Origin: a bacterium
Lineage (GTDB): Bacteria > SZUA-182 > DTGQ01
DNA: 37,068 bases
Direction of reading: 5' to 3'
NCBI GenBank assembly: GCA_040752695.1
Contig: JBFMGO010000048.1
Coordinates: forward strand, 1-37,068
Shown here piece by piece: positions 18,829-30,200 of the stretch; the first letter of the stretch is position 1, and every line of letters starts with the position of its first letter. The notes under the pieces were generated by a model. It worked only from the letters and a program-made list of their open reading frames with translations. It made no database searches and was not told the origin of the DNA. A program made the translations under genes and the position numbers.

Positions 18829-21000
18829 ATGAGTATAACCATTTTCAGTATGCAGATCAGCTCCGAATATGATGTCGTCCTGGCGCGGCAGCGGGCCAGG
18901 CAGATTGCGGCAGCTCTTGGGTTCAGGGAACTGGAGCAGACCCATATCTCCACGGCAGCCTCGGAAATCACCCGAAATGCCCTCATGTATGCGGGCGGAG
19001 GCACTATCGAATACATGGTTGAAGGTGAGGCTCCCCAGGTGTTTCTCATACGCATTCGCGATCAAGGGCCGGGGATCGATAACCTGCAGGCCATTCTGGA
19101 AGGCCAGTACATAAAAGAGAAAAACAAAGGGATGGGCATTATTGGGATGGGTATCGTCAGCGCCAGGCGGCTGGTGGATTATTTCCACATAGAGTCAACT
19201 CCGGGCAGGGGAACGACCGTGCTGCTGGGAAATACCTTCCCGCCGGGTGCACCGCCCGTCACCAGGGATAACCTGACCAGAATTGCCATTATCCTGGCAG
19301 AGCATACACCTCAGGATTCTTTTACATTCACGATCAGGCAGCAGCACAGGGAGCTAATGGCTACTCTGGGGGAGTTGTCCCAGCGTCAGGAAGAGCTGGC
19401 CAGGGTTAACCGGGAGCTTGAAGATACCAATCGCGGAGTTATGGCCCTGTATGCCGAACTGGAGGAAAAGGCCGGGCATCTGGCCAAAGCCGATAAACTC
19501 AAATCCCGGTTTCTATCGGATATGAGCCATGAATTTCGCACTCCGATCAACTCGATACTGGCCCTGTCCCAGATTCTGCTGAACCGGATCGATGGAGATT
19601 TGACCGAAGAGCAGGAGAAACAGGTGAACTTCATCCACCAGGCAGCCCAGGACCTTTCGACCCTGATCAATGACCTTCTGGATCTATCCAGGATCGAAGC
19701 CGGAAAGGTGACGCTTCATCTGAACAGGTTCGAGGTGGCCAATCTTTTCAGCGCGATCAGAGGAATTATGAGGCCTTTGCTCACCAACGAAAATGTGGAT
19801 CTGATCTTTGAGGACGCTTCGGCTATCTCCCCACTCTACACCGACGAGGGCAAGGTTTCCCAGATCTTGAGAAACCTTATCTCCAATGCGCTCAAGTTCA
19901 CCGAGCGGGGTGAGGTCCGCGTATCGGCAGCCTGTGACTTTGCCAACAGAAAGATAATCTTTTCCGTGGAGGATACCGGGATCGGGATTGCACCCGAGGA
20001 CCAGGAACGAATCTTTCAGGAATTTACCCAATTGGAGAGTCCTTCCCAGAAGAGGAGCAGGGGGACGGGCCTTGGGCTTCCTCTGTCCCGTAAGCTGGCT
20101 GCGCTGCTCGGGGGCAGCATCAGCCTGAAAAGCCAGCCAGGGGTCGGATCGACCTTCTCCGTCATCATCCCGGTCGTTCACGACGAGCGGGCTCCGGTGC
20201 TGTCAATACGGGAAGGATGCGGTCAAAAGGTCGACCAGACCCGCTTTCCCGTACTGGTGGTCGAGGATGATCCCGAAACCATTTATACCTATGAAAGATA
20301 CTTTACCGGGTCGGATTTTCAGATTATTCCGGCCAGGAACTTAAAAGAAGCCCATGCAGCGCTGAAACAGGTCCGGCCAATGGCCATTATTCTTGATATC
20401 CTGCTGCCAGGTGAAAATGGCTGGGCTTTTCTGGCCGAACTGAAGGAAAGCGAAGCCACCTGGGATATTCCTGTTCTTGTGGTCAGTATTGTCAATAAAC
20501 CGGAAAAGGGAAAGCTCCTTGGGGCCGATGATTACTTCGTCAAGCCGGTCAGCCGGCAACGTCTTTTGAATAAACTCAAGGAAATGGAGAAACAGTTGCC
20601 TTTGGAAAAAGTTCTGATTATCGATGACGAGGAGATCTCCCGCTACCTGCTGAAAGGGTTACTGGCAGATACACGCTGCACCATCATCGAGGCGGAAAAC
20701 GGGCCGGAAGGTATTCACCTGGCGGCCAGGGAAAAGCCGCAGGCCATATTTCTCGATCTGGTCATGCCCGGAATGAACGGTTTCGAAGTCCTCGACCGGC
20801 TGAAGGCCGATCCTGAAACGCGTGACATCCCGGTTATCGTCATCACTGCCAAGCATCTGGAAGAGGAAGAGCGCAGCCATCTCGAGGCAGAGGCTCTATC
20901 CATTATTTCCAAGGGAACCACACCGCGCGATGCGGCCATGGCCCAGATCAAGGATGCCCTGGCGAAAGCCCTCCGGCTGAGGGGAACAGGCAAGGAGTAA
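18829..21000 (+). CDS. Hybrid histidine kinase: RsbT-like HATPase, coiled coil, HisKA, HATPase, two receiver domains
   Basis: SEITRNALMYAGGG/DQGPGI; MSHEFRTP; NLISNALKFT, DTGIGI, GTGLGL; two REC domains (LDILLP, LDLVMP). Confidence 0.93.
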   Translation: MSITIFSMQISSEYDVVLARQRARQIAAALGFRELEQTHISTAASEITRNALMYAGGGTIEYMVEGEAPQVFLIRIRDQGPGIDNLQAILEGQYIKEKNKGMGIIGMGIVSARRLVDYFHIESTPGRGTTVLLGNTFPPGAPPVTRDNLTRIAIILAEHTPQDSFTFTIRQQHRELMATLGELSQRQEELARVNRELEDTNRGVMALYAELEEKAGHLAKADKLKSRFLSDMSHEFRTPINSILALSQILLNRIDGDLTEEQEKQVNFIHQAAQDLSTLINDLLDLSRIEAGKVTLHLNRFEVANLFSAIRGIMRPLLTNENVDLIFEDASAISPLYTDEGKVSQILRNLISNALKFTERGEVRVSAACDFANRKIIFSVEDTGIGIAPEDQERIFQEFTQLESPSQKRSRGTGLGLPLSRKLAALLGGSISLKSQPGVGSTFSVIIPVVHDERAPVLSIREGCGQKVDQTRFPVLVVEDDPETIYTYERYFTGSDFQIIPARNLKEAHAALKQVRPMAIILDILLPGENGWAFLAELKESEATWDIPVLVVSIVNKPEKGKLLGADDYFVKPVSRQRLLNKLKEMEKQLPLEKVLIIDDEEISRYLLKGLLADTRCTIIEAENGPEGIHLAAREKPQAIFLDLVMPGMNGFEVLDRLKADPETRDIPVIVITAKHLEEEERSHLEAEALSIISKGTTPRDAAMAQIKDALAKALRLRGTGKE

Positions 21001-21016
21001 TGAATGATACTGCCTT

Positions 21017-24000
21017 GTGAGGAGAATGTATTTGATGTACCGTATGATTTTACAACAAAAAAAATTCATTGGTTTACCTATGGACCAGGACCAATGTGCA
21101 GATAAAACTGACAAGACTGATAAAACAGATAGAACTGATAAAACGGACAAAACCGATAAGTCCGGTAGCGCGCATGCCAGGGCTGGTAAGTCCGGCAGCA
21201 CCCAGGTTAAGGCCGACAAAGACGGTGACGGTGCCGCTGAAGGGTCTGCAAAAATCACTATTCTGAATGTGGATGACAATGAGGCAGGCCGCTACGCAAC
21301 CAGCCGGCTATTGAAAAAAGCGGGATTTGCGGTCAAAGAGGCTGCGACCGGTCAGCAGGCCCTGCTCATGGCCGCTGTCGAGCAGCCCGATTTGATCATC
21401 CTCGACGTTCACCTGCCGGATATGAACGGCTTCGAAGTCTGCCGTCGCATCAAGTCCGACCCCGCGACAGCCCTCATCCCTGTCCTGCATTTGTCGGCAA
21501 CCTACCTGGACAGCCAGTCCAGGGTAGAGGGCCTCGAGAGCGGCGCGGATAGTTATCTGACACAGCCGGTGGAGCCGATGGTACTGATTGCCACCATCAA
21601 GGCCCTTTTGCGGATGCGTGCAGCGGAGTCTCAGGTGACGGTTGCAGCCCGGCAGTGGCAGGTTACTTTTGACACCATCAGCGACGGCGTTTGCCTGCTG
21701 GATCAGGAAGGGAAAATCATACAGTGCAACCGCTTCATGTTGAATCTTCTCGGACAGCCAGAGTCTGAAATTGTTGGCCGAAGGTGCAGTGAACTCATTG
21801 AGTGCCCCTGCCTCGATCCTGAAGGAGCCTGCTTTAAGCGCCTGCGAGAGAGCGGCCAGCGGGAGTCTTTCGATTGGCAGACTGGAAGCCGGTGGTTTCG
21901 TATAAGCCTGGACCCGGTCCGGGACGAAGCGGGCCGTCTGGCCGGTGCTGTCCAGATCATGACCGACATCACCGCGCAAAAACAGGCACAAGAAGATCGC
22001 GAGCGGCTCAACGAGTTGCTGGAGGCCGAGCGGGCACGCTTCGAGGAGGTGCTTAGACAGATGCCAGCCGGTGTTATTATCGCCGAGGCGCCCTCAGGCC
22101 GGCTCGTACTGGCTAACGAGCAGGTGGAAAAAATCTTCCGGCATCCTGGCTTGATGTCTTCTGATGTCGAGCATTACAGCGAATGGAAAGGGTTTCATCC
22201 CGACGCCAAACCCTATCAGCCCCATGAGTGGCCGCTGGCGCGATCTGTCCGCGAGGGTGAGGTTATCATCAGTGAGGAAATCGATATCCTTCGCGGTGAC
22301 GGCACCCATGGCACCATAAGCGTCAGTGCTGCACCGATCAGGGACGTCGAAGGACACATTATGGCGGGAGTGGCGACTTTCTCCGATGTTACCGAAGCCA
22401 GGCAGGTGCAGAAGGAATTGCGGCTCTACAGACATCACCTCGAAGAGCTGGTGAAGGAGCGCACGATCGAGCTTACCGCTGCCAATGCGCAGCTTCGCCG
22501 TGAGGTTACTGAGCGCAGGCAGGCAGAAGCCAGACTGCGGGAGTCGGAATCGAAGTACTCGACCGTGGTCGAGCAGGCCAGGGACTGGGTGTTCATTATA
22601 CAGGATGGGATTTTTAAATTCTCGAATCAGGCCGTCTACGAAATAAGCGGGTATCTGGTGGAAGAGATCATGGATAAATCCTTTTTGAATCTTGTATCAC
22701 CTGAATTCAGGGATCTTGTCGGTCAAAGATATGCCCAGCGCATGAGCGGTGAAAACCCTCCCTCTTCCTATGAGGTAAAAGTGCAGCACAAAGACGGAGC
22801 GACCAGGGATGTGGAAGTATCCGCCAGGGTTATCCAGTACCAGGGAAAACCTGCCGACATGTGTATTGTGCGCGATATCACGGGGCGCAAAAGACTGGAG
22901 GAGGAAATGCAAAAAGCACAGCGGCTTGAATCGATTGGAGTTCTGGCTGGCGGAATCGCCCATGACTTTAATAATATCCTGACCTCTATTATCGGCAATC
23001 TTTCTCTGGCCACCATGCTTGCCAAACCTGGAGACAGGATTTCCAAGCTGCTGGACGGGACGGAAAAGTCAGCCTGCCGGGCCAGGGATCTGACCCGGCA
23101 GTTACTTACTTTTGCCAAAGGCGGAGCGCCGATCAAACAAACCGCTTCAATTTCGGAACTTCTCAAAGATACGACAACCTTCTCTCTGAGAGGGTCAAAA
23201 GTGAAGGCCGAATTCTCTCTGGCCGAAGATCTCTGGCCGGTTGAAGTCGATACCGGACAGATAAGCCAGGTTGTTAATAACCTGGTCATCAATGCCAAAC
23301 AGGCCATGCCAGAAGGGGGAATAATCAGGGTGACTGCCCAAAATGCAACCATCGGACACGAAGAGAACAAGGTCGATATCCCTCTGGAAGAAGGCAGGTA
23401 TATAAAAATATCGGTGGAAGACCAGGGTGCCGGTATACCGGATGAACATCTCCAGCGAATATTCGACCCTTATTTCACCACCAAGGAAACTGGAACAGGG
23501 TTAGGTCTGGCCACCAGTTATTCAATTATCAAACGGCATGAGGGATATATTACCGTAAAATCACAGCCAGGGGTTGGAACAACATTCTTTATCTACCTCC
23601 CTGCCTCGAAAGAAAAAGGCAAGACTGCATCAACGGTTCAGGAAGAGGAAGCGGGATTACTGAGCGGCCAGGGGAGAATCCTGGTCATGGACGATGAACA
23701 AATCGTCAGAGACGTTGCCAGGCGGATGCTCGAGTTTATCGGTTATGAGGTCGAACTGGCAAGAGATGGTGCTGAAGCTATCGCCTTATACGAAAAGGCT
23801 CGAAAATCCGGTCACCCCTTTGATGCGATCATCATGGATATAACGGTGCCAGGGGGAATGGGAGGCGAAGCGGCCATACGGAAACTGCGTGAAGTTGATC
23901 CCAAGGTCAAAGCCATCGTGTCAAGCGGCTATTCCAGCGATGCCCTTATGGCTGATATAAAACGGTCCGGCTTCAGAGGCATTATCGCCAAACCATACAA

Positions 24001-24049
24001 AGTCACAGAACTAGCCAGGGTATTACAGCGGGTAATAAAGGGCAAGTGA
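21017..24049 (+). CDS. Hybrid histidine kinase: REC, three PAS, HisKA, HATPase, REC; start uncertain (21017, 21035 or 21080)
   Basis: ILNVDDN...LDVHLP; three PAS/PAC ends (TDIT, SDVT, RDIT); GIAHDFNN; NLVINA, DPYFTTK, GTGLGL; ILVMDDE...MDITVP. N-terminal DKT repeats. Confidence 0.93.
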   Translation: MRRMYLMYRMILQQKKFIGLPMDQDQCADKTDKTDKTDRTDKTDKTDKSGSAHARAGKSGSTQVKADKDGDGAAEGSAKITILNVDDNEAGRYATSRLLKKAGFAVKEAATGQQALLMAAVEQPDLIILDVHLPDMNGFEVCRRIKSDPATALIPVLHLSATYLDSQSRVEGLESGADSYLTQPVEPMVLIATIKALLRMRAAESQVTVAARQWQVTFDTISDGVCLLDQEGKIIQCNRFMLNLLGQPESEIVGRRCSELIECPCLDPEGACFKRLRESGQRESFDWQTGSRWFRISLDPVRDEAGRLAGAVQIMTDITAQKQAQEDRERLNELLEAERARFEEVLRQMPAGVIIAEAPSGRLVLANEQVEKIFRHPGLMSSDVEHYSEWKGFHPDAKPYQPHEWPLARSVREGEVIISEEIDILRGDGTHGTISVSAAPIRDVEGHIMAGVATFSDVTEARQVQKELRLYRHHLEELVKERTIELTAANAQLRREVTERRQAEARLRESESKYSTVVEQARDWVFIIQDGIFKFSNQAVYEISGYLVEEIMDKSFLNLVSPEFRDLVGQRYAQRMSGENPPSSYEVKVQHKDGATRDVEVSARVIQYQGKPADMCIVRDITGRKRLEEEMQKAQRLESIGVLAGGIAHDFNNILTSIIGNLSLATMLAKPGDRISKLLDGTEKSACRARDLTRQLLTFAKGGAPIKQTASISELLKDTTTFSLRGSKVKAEFSLAEDLWPVEVDTGQISQVVNNLVINAKQAMPEGGIIRVTAQNATIGHEENKVDIPLEEGRYIKISVEDQGAGIPDEHLQRIFDPYFTTKETGTGLGLATSYSIIKRHEGYITVKSQPGVGTTFFIYLPASKEKGKTASTVQEEEAGLLSGQGRILVMDDEQIVRDVARRMLEFIGYEVELARDGAEAIALYEKARKSGHPFDAIIMDITVPGGMGGEAAIRKLREVDPKVKAIVSSGYSSDALMADIKRSGFRGIIAKPYKVTELARVLQRVIKGK

Positions 24050-24167
24050 GAAGTGAGTACTTTAGTGTCACATATTCATGTCATTTGAGAAGCTGAATGA
24101 CATGAATATGTTTAACGGCTTGTACATTATAGGTGACCTGTACATTCTTATACATTATAGGCATGGA

Positions 24168-24205
24168 GAACGGCTTGTGCATTGCATGCACAAGCCGTTC
24201 GTTTT
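24168..24205 (+). terminator. Terminator between the convergent kinase and A2M genes
   Basis: 14-bp perfect inverted repeat gaacggcttgtgca/tgcacaagccgttc followed by gtttt. Confidence 0.75.
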
Positions 24206-24273
24206 GGAGTCCGGCCAACCGGTCAATATGAAGCCAGCCCGACAACCGGCTAATACACAGTCAGTACTACCGG

Positions 24274-27200
24274 TCAATACACGGTCAGTACTACCGGCTC
24301 GGCCTCATCCTTGATATCCGGGTTATAGTAATCGTAGGCCGTGGATTTTGGTGTCGATACCTTAAGCGGGTATTTGGCCTTAAGGCGATAGGGAATCGAC
24401 ACCGGTTTGTCATAAGAAACCGGGTTCAGATACAAGGTGAGCTGGCGATTGGTCGATTCGTACTTGACGATTTTCCCTTTCTCGATGGCCTGATCGAAAT
24501 CCTCGTAAAGGACACTGAATCCCGGTGGTATTCCGAGGTCCACCATACCCATGCGGGTGACCGTATTGGATTGGTTGTTCCTGACCGTTACCGTACAGAG
24601 GATGGTATCGTCAACAGTCAGGCTCTTTTTGTCGTAGTCAAGGTCTATAGACAGAGGCGGGACCGATGGCGTCAATTCCACCTTTTTCCAGGGCAGATAA
24701 TAGGTGCCGGTAATCTGGTAGATGAGACTTCCCTCTCCGCTCAGACTGAGGCTAACCGTATTATCACCTTCCACCGTATAGGGAGCAAGATTGATGATTC
24801 TCACGATCCGGCTGTCAACCGGTTTTACCTTCAGGATAGGCAGATCATCTTTATCGAGGGTCTGGCCGTTGATCGTGATACTGATTTCCCCATTCATCGC
24901 TCCTTTCTGGCCGCTCATGGCCATAATCATCACTCTGAGGGAGAGGACCGTAGCCTCCACCTGACCCCAGAGGCCGAAGGCGTCCTTCTTTTGGAAGAGA
25001 TAATTCAAGACCTTGTCAATGGTATTGGGATAACGCCACTGGGCCTTGATCAGGGCATAGGCAATCATGGCCGTAGTCTCAAGGTCCAGATAGTCTCCCT
25101 TCGAGTAGGTCAGACTTTCCTTCTCCGCCGAAGTCCAATGGACCGTATCTCCTTCCTCGATCTTTCTTTCCTCGATCTGGTCAAGGATAGCGAGCCCATC
25201 AACGTCCCTGGGATCGCCTTCGAGCAAAGCGTTGGCGCAAAGGGCCAGGGTATAGGTATCGGTTGTGCTCTTTATCTGCCCTCTGATATAGTTCTGGCCC
25301 GACTTGATGGTCATGCTGTTCGCTGCATAGCCTGAATGGATCATGGCCCAGGTAGCATAGGCTGTGGCCTGAAGGGTATTGTTCAGTGCATTGAAAAGGT
25401 CCCGGTCATCCGGAGGCCAGGAGCCATCCGATTTTTGCTTTCCAGCCAGCCATTGCTGGGTTCTGCTGATCAGGGCAGGATCGACAAAATGGACCCGCGC
25501 CATATCGCTGAATTCCATCAGGCCGTAAGCGGTCAGAATGGGTTTAGCCGGTCCCTTGCCGTACCAATCGAAGCCCCCGCCCTGACACTCAAAGGTCAGG
25601 AGCCTTTGATAACCAAGGTTGATATACTGCTGTGCCTTCATCTCGATTTCCGGAGTCAACTGATTTGTGCTCTTCATGTAGTCGAGTACTAAAACATTCG
25701 GCCACGTCACCGACGTGGTTTGGCAAAATCACCCATAGGGGACATGGAAGAGATTGTCCAGACCCTCCACAACCTGACTGAACAGGCAAGGGTAGACCCT
25801 GACCAGGATCCTGCTGGCATCGTCAATGGCCTCAAGGGGAATAGCGATCACCTGAGTAGCCTCCTTTTCTTGCAGGCGCTCGCTGACATTGACCTGAGAT
25901 TCCAGCCCATTGGGCAAAACTTCGATCCTGCGGGACAGGGCATCACTCATCCTGGTTCCATAACCGAATACGGTCAGTTCATGCCAGCCCGGTTTTTGCG
26001 CCTTGATCCGGAAATGAACAGCCGTAACCTGCCCCGGCTCGATGCGAAGCACTTTTTCCTGCTCATCTTTCAGTTCAAACCAGGGCAGGGAATCTCTCTG
26101 ACCTGACACCTGGCCCGGCTGGCTCGCCTGATCCGATTGGCTTACCTGGTCGAGTTCATCCACCAGCCCCACCACCTCCTGGTCCGCCAAATCCGCCTGA
26201 TCCGGCTGATCCATCTCCAGCTTTACCCGCACGGTCTGGGCTTCTCCAAGGTAATTGTATACTGCCACGGGCAGGGAGATCTCGTCATCCTGAGTAAGGG
26301 TTGCAGGAAGATCAAGGTCGATAAAGAAGTCCTGGAAGACAACGATTCCGTCTGTTCTCCCGCCCAGTTTACCGTCAAGGGCCGATGCCGTTGTGCTCAT
26401 GCGCCAGGTGGTGATGGAGTCTGCCATATTGGCATCGAGATATGCCCTCCCGTTCTGATCGGTAATCAGAGCAGGCTGCCAGAGGAGGGTTTCGGGGAAA
26501 TCCCGCCTGATCTTTCGCGGCTCCTGGACATTTTCCGCTGCTTGATCCTCATGAGAGCTCTGCCCTCCTTCTCCTCCCCCTGCGACCGGGGACAGATAGC
26601 CGGGCTGGGTTTCCGGCTCTCCGGAACCACTCGCCTGGCCGCTGCTATAGCCACTACCGCCAGCGCTATAAGCATAACCAGCGTAACCGCCGCCACCTCC
26701 AGCACTGTAACCGGCACTATAACCACCGCCGCCACCACCACCGCCAGCACTGTAACCGGCACTATAACCACCGCCGCCACCGCTGTAACCGACACTGTAA
26801 CCGCCGCCACCACCATAGGCAGTATAACCTCCGCCACCCCCGCCGGCAAGGCCGCCATAAATGCCACCACCGCCAATGCCAAGATAACCACCAAGATACC
26901 CGCCAAGATACCCGCCAAGATAGCCGCCATACAGGCCATACACACCGACACCATACGGGCTCCCCCCCGGACCACTGCCGGTATACGGAGCGGTCTTGGG
27001 TGCGGCCGGGTAGTATTGTTTGGTCAGTTGCAAGTCATCGGCCGTGTTCTTCACCTCGTCAGGGCCCCAACTGGTCAGGATTAGCTGGTAGTTACCCACT
27101 TGCAGGGCATAGGGATTGCCCCAAGGATCAAGATACCGCTTGATCATATCCTGATCAAGGGCGTTATCATAGGCATAAGTATAATAAATATTCAGCTTGC

Positions 27201-30200
27201 CCAGGTCCTTGGCTATTTTATCTGCATCAGTATCAATGGGGGAAATCAGGGTTTCCCTCATGCGCTGGATAAGTTCGGGGAAGCTACTTTCGTTCAGTCC
27301 CGGATCAGGGGGCTCTTCCAGATCGGCAAAAACCACCTCTGCCGCTTCCTGAATGTCGGGGACGGGTTCTTCACTGGTGACCGCATCTTCAAAGGGAACC
27401 AGAAGCGGCCAAAAGCGCGGCTTCATGATCTCCTCTTCCATGCTGAAGAAGACCTTGAGTAGACCGGGCTGATTCTCCTGGAGCGCATAAACCGCCTCAT
27501 CCACGATGGTGATCCCTAAGGCTGCGGGCTGGGCAGGAGTGACCTGGAAATCGATCCGGGCCCGCTCACCCGGCAGATACTGATCCTTATCCAGAGTGGC
27601 TGAAATCCGGATCTCATCGGGCTGATTGACATAAACGATTTTTTTATCCCTGAACACATCCGAAGCCGTATCCCTGGCACCCGAGATGTAATATGCCTCA
27701 ACCATAAGGGTCCCTGCCATGTCGCTGTCCAGGTCAACCAAAAGACTCCCTCGGCCGTTGAGGATATCGACCCCAGTGGTCAGTACGGTCTTTTGGTCCC
27801 TGATCAAATCCACAAAAGCCCTTCTCGCTTCAATTTCCGGAGTGTAAAGGTCAATGGTCATAGTCTGGCCAACGGTATAAATGGCCTTATCGGTGCGAAG
27901 GAGAATGCGGGCATCCCTGCCTCCGGTGACTGCTATGTCCGCCTCAGTTGTCTTGCCACCTGCGCTGGAGGAAACATGGAGAATCAGGGGTTCGTTCGGA
28001 TCGGAATCTGGATCTGGGGTCAGGGTAAACTGCCCAAGTCCCTGCTCATCCGTACTTACCTGCTGATGGATACGGGAGCCCAGGCAAACCACTGTATTCG
28101 AGGTGGCCAGTCCCTGCCCCTTGGGATCGGTAGTCATGATGTAAATAATATTTTCCACTCCCGCTACTATCTGCCTGCTTTCAGGAATGAGGCGAATGTT
28201 GATCGGAGTTTTGGTAACAGTCAATTCCCTGGTCATCTTCTCTTCATGGCCCGCAGAATCTCTGACCATGATATCCAGCCTGACCAGGGCGTCTCCCTGC
28301 TCCAGAGGATGGCCGACAAAATAGCTGGGGAGGCTCAGATCAAAGGTAAAGAATCCTTCATCGTCGGTCAATCCTCCTATGGCCTGGAAAAGATTGAAGT
28401 TAACATCATACTTGTAGGCATCAACCGTAACCTTGGCCTGAGTAACCGGCTTTCCGAAAAGATACTTGGCCTGGATCGTCCCCTGGACCTGGTCGCCGGG
28501 CTGGTAGTATTCTGCGTTGGTCTTGAGTTCGACCTTGAATTTGGGCAGCACGTAGCGCTCGACAGTCACCTTCTTCTCCGATGTGGTTGACTGGCTGCCT
28601 TCGCCCATTACTGCCCTGACCGTATACAGGCCCATATTGATATCCGTACCAAGGACAAAGTCACAACAGGCCAGGCCGAAGCTGCTGGTCTTTGGGTCAA
28701 CCCTGAATACCTTGTTCCCTTTGGAGTCCTCAACCTCGATGATCATGGTTTGATCGGCGGCAGGCTCAAGATCGGGTTTTTCGAGGGTGAGAGTACGGAT
28801 ATGAATCGTCTGTCCGGGCTGATAGAGTGGCTTGTCAGTAGTCAGGAGAACCTTGTGCAGGCGCACAACCTCGATATTTCGCTCAAATTCCTCAGTCCCG
28901 AACGAGGATGTCACCCTGAACCTGATCTTGGCAGTATCTCCGGCACTTTCAGGGATAGTCAAAAGTGCCTTGGCCAACCCTTCATCATCGGTAATTCCCT
29001 TGTAGAGGCGGTTTGGATTATTTTCCCTGATCAGGTCAACCGTAACCTGCGCATCTTCAATGGGAGAGGAATCCCCCTGCACGAAGGCATGAACACTCAT
29101 ATATGTGGGTTCTCCGGCAAAGAAGGAATCCGTGCCATTGACCCTGACCTCCATCTTGTCCGCCAGGTAGAACAGGCTCTTCTTACCGCTCAACCCGAGC
29201 CCGCCTCCACTGAACTGATACTCAAGAATATACCTGCCAAAATCCTCGGGTTTCGTCCCTGCAGGAACTCCGTTCAGTTTCAAAAGATAGCTCTTTTCCC
29301 CAGGCTCAAGGGTCAGTTCTTCCCTCTGTCGGCTGATTTCATTCTTGTCCAGGTCGAGCAGGGTGAGAGTGATCTGCCCCAAGACCGGTTTTGACGAACT
29401 GTTTTTCAATGGCAGCCTGATGGAAACCTTGGAACCAACTGCTGCCGGAGATTGGGTAAGGTTTTGGAGCCATGCCCCGGAACCTGCTCCCGCCCAAGAC
29501 CACAAAGACCCTGTTCCTGAAGTCCAGGAAGTGACAGGAATCAGCGAACTGGCAGTCCACCCTCCCGACTGGCCGGGAAAAGAAAGAGAAGGGGAAGAGA
29601 AGAGGGAGGATGATGTCGGGTATGGCGTATACGTGGTCACCAGTGATCCAAGCAGGCCGCTGGAGCCGAATCCAACCGTGGATGATGAGAGCACGGGAGA
29701 GAGTACAGGGGAGAGTGCGGAAGAAGTCCATAATAAACTCGAACCATAAAGATCGGCTTCCGTCGCTAGCCGGTTGCGCACCTTCGGCTGAATGTAATCA
29801 CAATCAACGCGATCAAGAAATTGTGGCCCGAAAGGGCCAAGCAGGTAAAGACACCCGTTTTCCACACTGATGTCATCGGGCCCGGAAGGCAGGTCAACGG
29901 ACCACAACAAGAGAGGATCATACGGCAGAGTCAGGTCTATGGCAGCAAGACCCCAGGTGGTTCTTTCCCTGTCTTCATAGGCAACATAGGCCCTTTGCCC
30001 TCCCGCAGCCGCTGCACTCTCTATTCCCTCACACATACCGGCTACGATATATTTGCTGCCTGCGAGGGGGTAGACAGCAATCAGGGTCGGGAAAGCGTCC
30101 AGATTCTCCGGCGAATTTTCCAAACTGAAAATGCGAAGTCCTGAGGCTTCATCGGCTTGCAAGAGGAGATTTTGACAGATCCTTGCAGATTCATATCCTT

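Noticed and set aside
24274..25710. Independent 478-aa gene, or an A2M pseudogene
   Set aside because: The GTG start lies inside the conserved motif region with no evident RBS. The frame is continuous, with no other lesion in 6.1 kb, and a SECIS-like hairpin is present. A pseudogene is less likely but not formally excluded.
26137..28590. Long antisense and alternative-frame ORFs over the A2M (and similar ones over other genes)
   Set aside because: They are shadows of well-supported genes or of Gly-rich repeats, with no recognisable motifs.
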